DNA of 64,000 nucleotides. It comes from Acidimicrobiales bacterium (GTDB lineage: Bacteria > Actinomycetota > Acidimicrobiia > Acidimicrobiales > JBOGGX01). Below the pieces are notes generated by a model. That model worked only from the letters and a program-made list of their open reading frames with translations. It ran no database searches and was not told where the DNA came from. Below are positions 62,829 to 64,000 of the stretch, piece after piece; the stretch's first letter is position 1; each line of letters opens with the position of its first letter. The stretch lies in assembly GCA_050744245.1 (NCBI GenBank), contig JBOGGX010000238.1, positions 287-64,286 of the forward strand, read 5' to 3'. Position numbers and translations under genes: made by a program.

Positions 62829-62912
62829 CCGACCTACGGGGAGACGGCGATGTTCGTCGCCGGGGTCTACATCAAGATCGTTCCCGACCGCCTCGGCCAC
62901 GCAACCCTCGCA
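62829..62912 (+). pseudogene. remnant of a tyrosine-recombinase box II
   Basis: PTYGETAMFVAGVYIKIVPDRLGHATLA resembles (R)HT[FY]A...L..AGV..K.V.ERLGHA[ST]. 'ADLR' sits just upstream in another frame. No catalytic Tyr region follows. Confidence 0.35.
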
Positions 62913-62916
62913 CGGG

Positions 62917-63657
62917 TCAGCGGCCGAGGTCGGGCCCGCGTGGCCTGGGCGGGCTGCGCCGCCGGCTCGAGACCTCAGCGGTGTCGCTCCCTCCCTGCTC
63001 CATCGGCTGGCTCCGTGCCACCCAGTCGGTCGCCATCTCCGTGAGCGCTTGCCTTCCGCGACGATCGAGGTCGAGGTCGCGGAGGTAGTCGAACGCCTCG
63101 GCGATGAGCTGGCTGACCTCAGTCGCTGAACGCGCCGAGGCGCGGTGCATGACACCGACTGCCTCGCCAGGATCGACGCCCAGGGCGAGCAGCGCCATGA
63201 TCTCGCCGCGATCCTTGTCGCCGGGAATGGAATCGGGTCGGTCGAGCAGCGCCGCGAATTTCGTGGCCAGATGGCCGGCCAAGTCGAGCAGCACCCACCC
63301 CTTGACCTGCTCGCGACGCTCGATCAGCCACTCGGTACGCAGCTGAAGATGCTGGCCGAGTAGGGACTGGTGCGGGACATACAGGTCGAGGTGGATGCCG
63401 TCGATCACTCCCCGCCACTTGCGACCGGCCAGATGCCGGGACTCGCTCGTGTCCGCAGAAAGGCGGCTGATCACCGCGAGCTGAGGGCGAGTGACGATCA
63501 AGTCGATGTCGTGGCTCATCGCGCCGCCGGTCCGCACCCACATCGCCCAGCCGCCGATCAGCACGGCGTCGGGAAGGGCGTCGTGGACCCGGTCGAGCAC
63601 CGACCGGCTGCGCTCGGTCAGCTCAGGCGGATAGAAGTCCCGCTTCGGTGACGGCAT
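62917..63657 (-). CDS. nucleotidyltransferase-fold protein (AbiEii/DUF-type NTase-like)
   Basis: 246-aa ORF with LIGGWAMWVRTGGAMSHDIDLIV (G[GS]-x9-13-DxD NTase signature) followed by IHLDLYVP. The last ~50 aa are low-complexity, so the true stop may be affected by a frameshift. Confidence 0.55.
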   Translation of the reverse strand: MPSPKRDFYPPELTERSRSVLDRVHDALPDAVLIGGWAMWVRTGGAMSHDIDLIVTRPQLAVISRLSADTSESRHLAGRKWRGVIDGIHLDLYVPHQSLLGQHLQLRTEWLIERREQVKGWVLLDLAGHLATKFAALLDRPDSIPGDKDRGEIMALLALGVDPGEAVGVMHRASARSATEVSQLIAEAFDYLRDLDLDRRGRQALTEMATDWVARSQPMEQGGSDTAEVSSRRRSPPRPRGPDLGR

Positions 63658-64000
63658 CGGTCACCAGCCTGGGTAGGAGAGCGTGAACGAAGCGGCTCGC
63701 TTGCCACCCGCGGAGACTGAAGAGGTCGACCCACGCTTGGGTCAGCGGGGTGACACGGCCATAGCCCGCGAGCAGCGGGTCGGCCTCGGCGACGAGGACC
63801 TCGGTGACCCGTTGCGGGTCGGAATCCTTGACGCGGCGGCGCGAGCTGATTCTCGGGTCGCCGTAAACGAGCACGGTCTCGTAGTCGGCGATCGTGTTTC
63901 CTCCGATGTGGGCCACCACCGCCCCGAAGCCTCCGAGCACCGCGGTGGGGTTGGTGATCATCCGTTCCACCGCCGGTGCGGATCCCGTGACGTGGAAGCG
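63623..64000 (-). CDS. hypothetical protein upstream of the NTase gene, possibly partial (may extend past the right edge)
   Basis: ORF 63623-63970 overlaps the NTase start by 35 nt. ...TPLTQAWVDLFSLRGWQASRF... is reminiscent of AbiEi-type antitoxin C-terminal domains, but this is weak. Confidence 0.35.
   Translation of the reverse strand, partial: RFHVTGSAPAVERMITNPTAVLGGFGAVVAHIGGNTIADYETVLVYGDPRISSRRRVKDSDPQRVTEVLVAEADPLLAGYGRVTPLTQAWVDLFSLRGWQASRFVHALLPRLVTDAVTEAGLLSA

Noticed and set aside
1-64000. A search by eye for rRNA genes, CRISPR arrays, additional tRNAs and recognisable defence systems (RM, CBASS, Thoeris-like, etc.).
   Set aside because: None was found apart from tRNA-Glu, the VapBC pair and the tentative AbiE-like pair. 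A computational scan (tRNAscan-SE, Infernal/Rfam, DefenseFinder) would be needed to exclude small ncRNAs.

Overview
This is a very GC-rich 64-kb window that looks actinobacterial, judging from gene families, codon bias and several leaderless-type promoters; taxonomy cannot be proven from the sequence alone. It falls into three parts.

(1) 1-24.3 kb holds ordinary genes: an ankyrin protein, a quinone oxidoreductase behind a SoxR-box promoter, a CNNM/CorC hemolysin-family protein, an ArsR+SRPBCC pair, a GntR regulator, a homogentisate operon (hmgA...fahA), CorA and a Phd/VapC toxin-antitoxin pair. These are interspersed with an unusual number of broken genes:
- a cation/H+ antiporter with an in-frame TAG and frameshifts;
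- the SRPBCC gene;
- a whole myo-inositol catabolic cluster (iolC, aldolase, mmsA/iolA, aldo-keto reductase) with frameshifts and internal deletions;
- a fused RibD_C/alpha-beta-hydrolase remnant.

A 223-aa protein at 12830-13501 carries an almost canonical eukaryote-type secreted phospholipase A2 motif.

(2) 24.3-28.2 kb is a decayed integrative element (IS5/IS1182-type transposase fragment, frameshifted tyrosine integrase) abutting the 3' end of tRNA-Glu(CUC).

(3) 28.3-62 kb is an apparently intact ~33-kb Wzx/Wzy-type surface-polysaccharide locus. It encodes:
- a priming phosphoglycosyltransferase, several glycosyltransferases, a flippase and a polymerase;
- two paralogous Wzz-like proteins and two beta-helix proteins;
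- a WbpA/B/D/E/I-like set for a 2,3-diacetamido-mannuronic-acid-type sugar;
- a 1620-aa Tat-secreted DUF4082-repeat protein.

The most interesting signal is non-coding. Five intergenic sites in this locus each carry four hexamers (consensus CTTCAG) at exactly 11-bp phasing. All five point toward the downstream operon. In each, the array ends exactly 10 nt upstream of a -10-like hexamer and no -35 box is present. This is the architecture of OmpR/PhoB-type activator-dependent promoters, and an orphan OmpR-family response regulator is encoded at the edge of the locus (28330-29100). I propose an undescribed response-regulator-controlled, possibly Pho-like, regulon for an acidic phosphate-free surface polymer. 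No CRISPR arrays or rRNA genes were seen. All homology calls come from reading motifs by eye; no database search was run.
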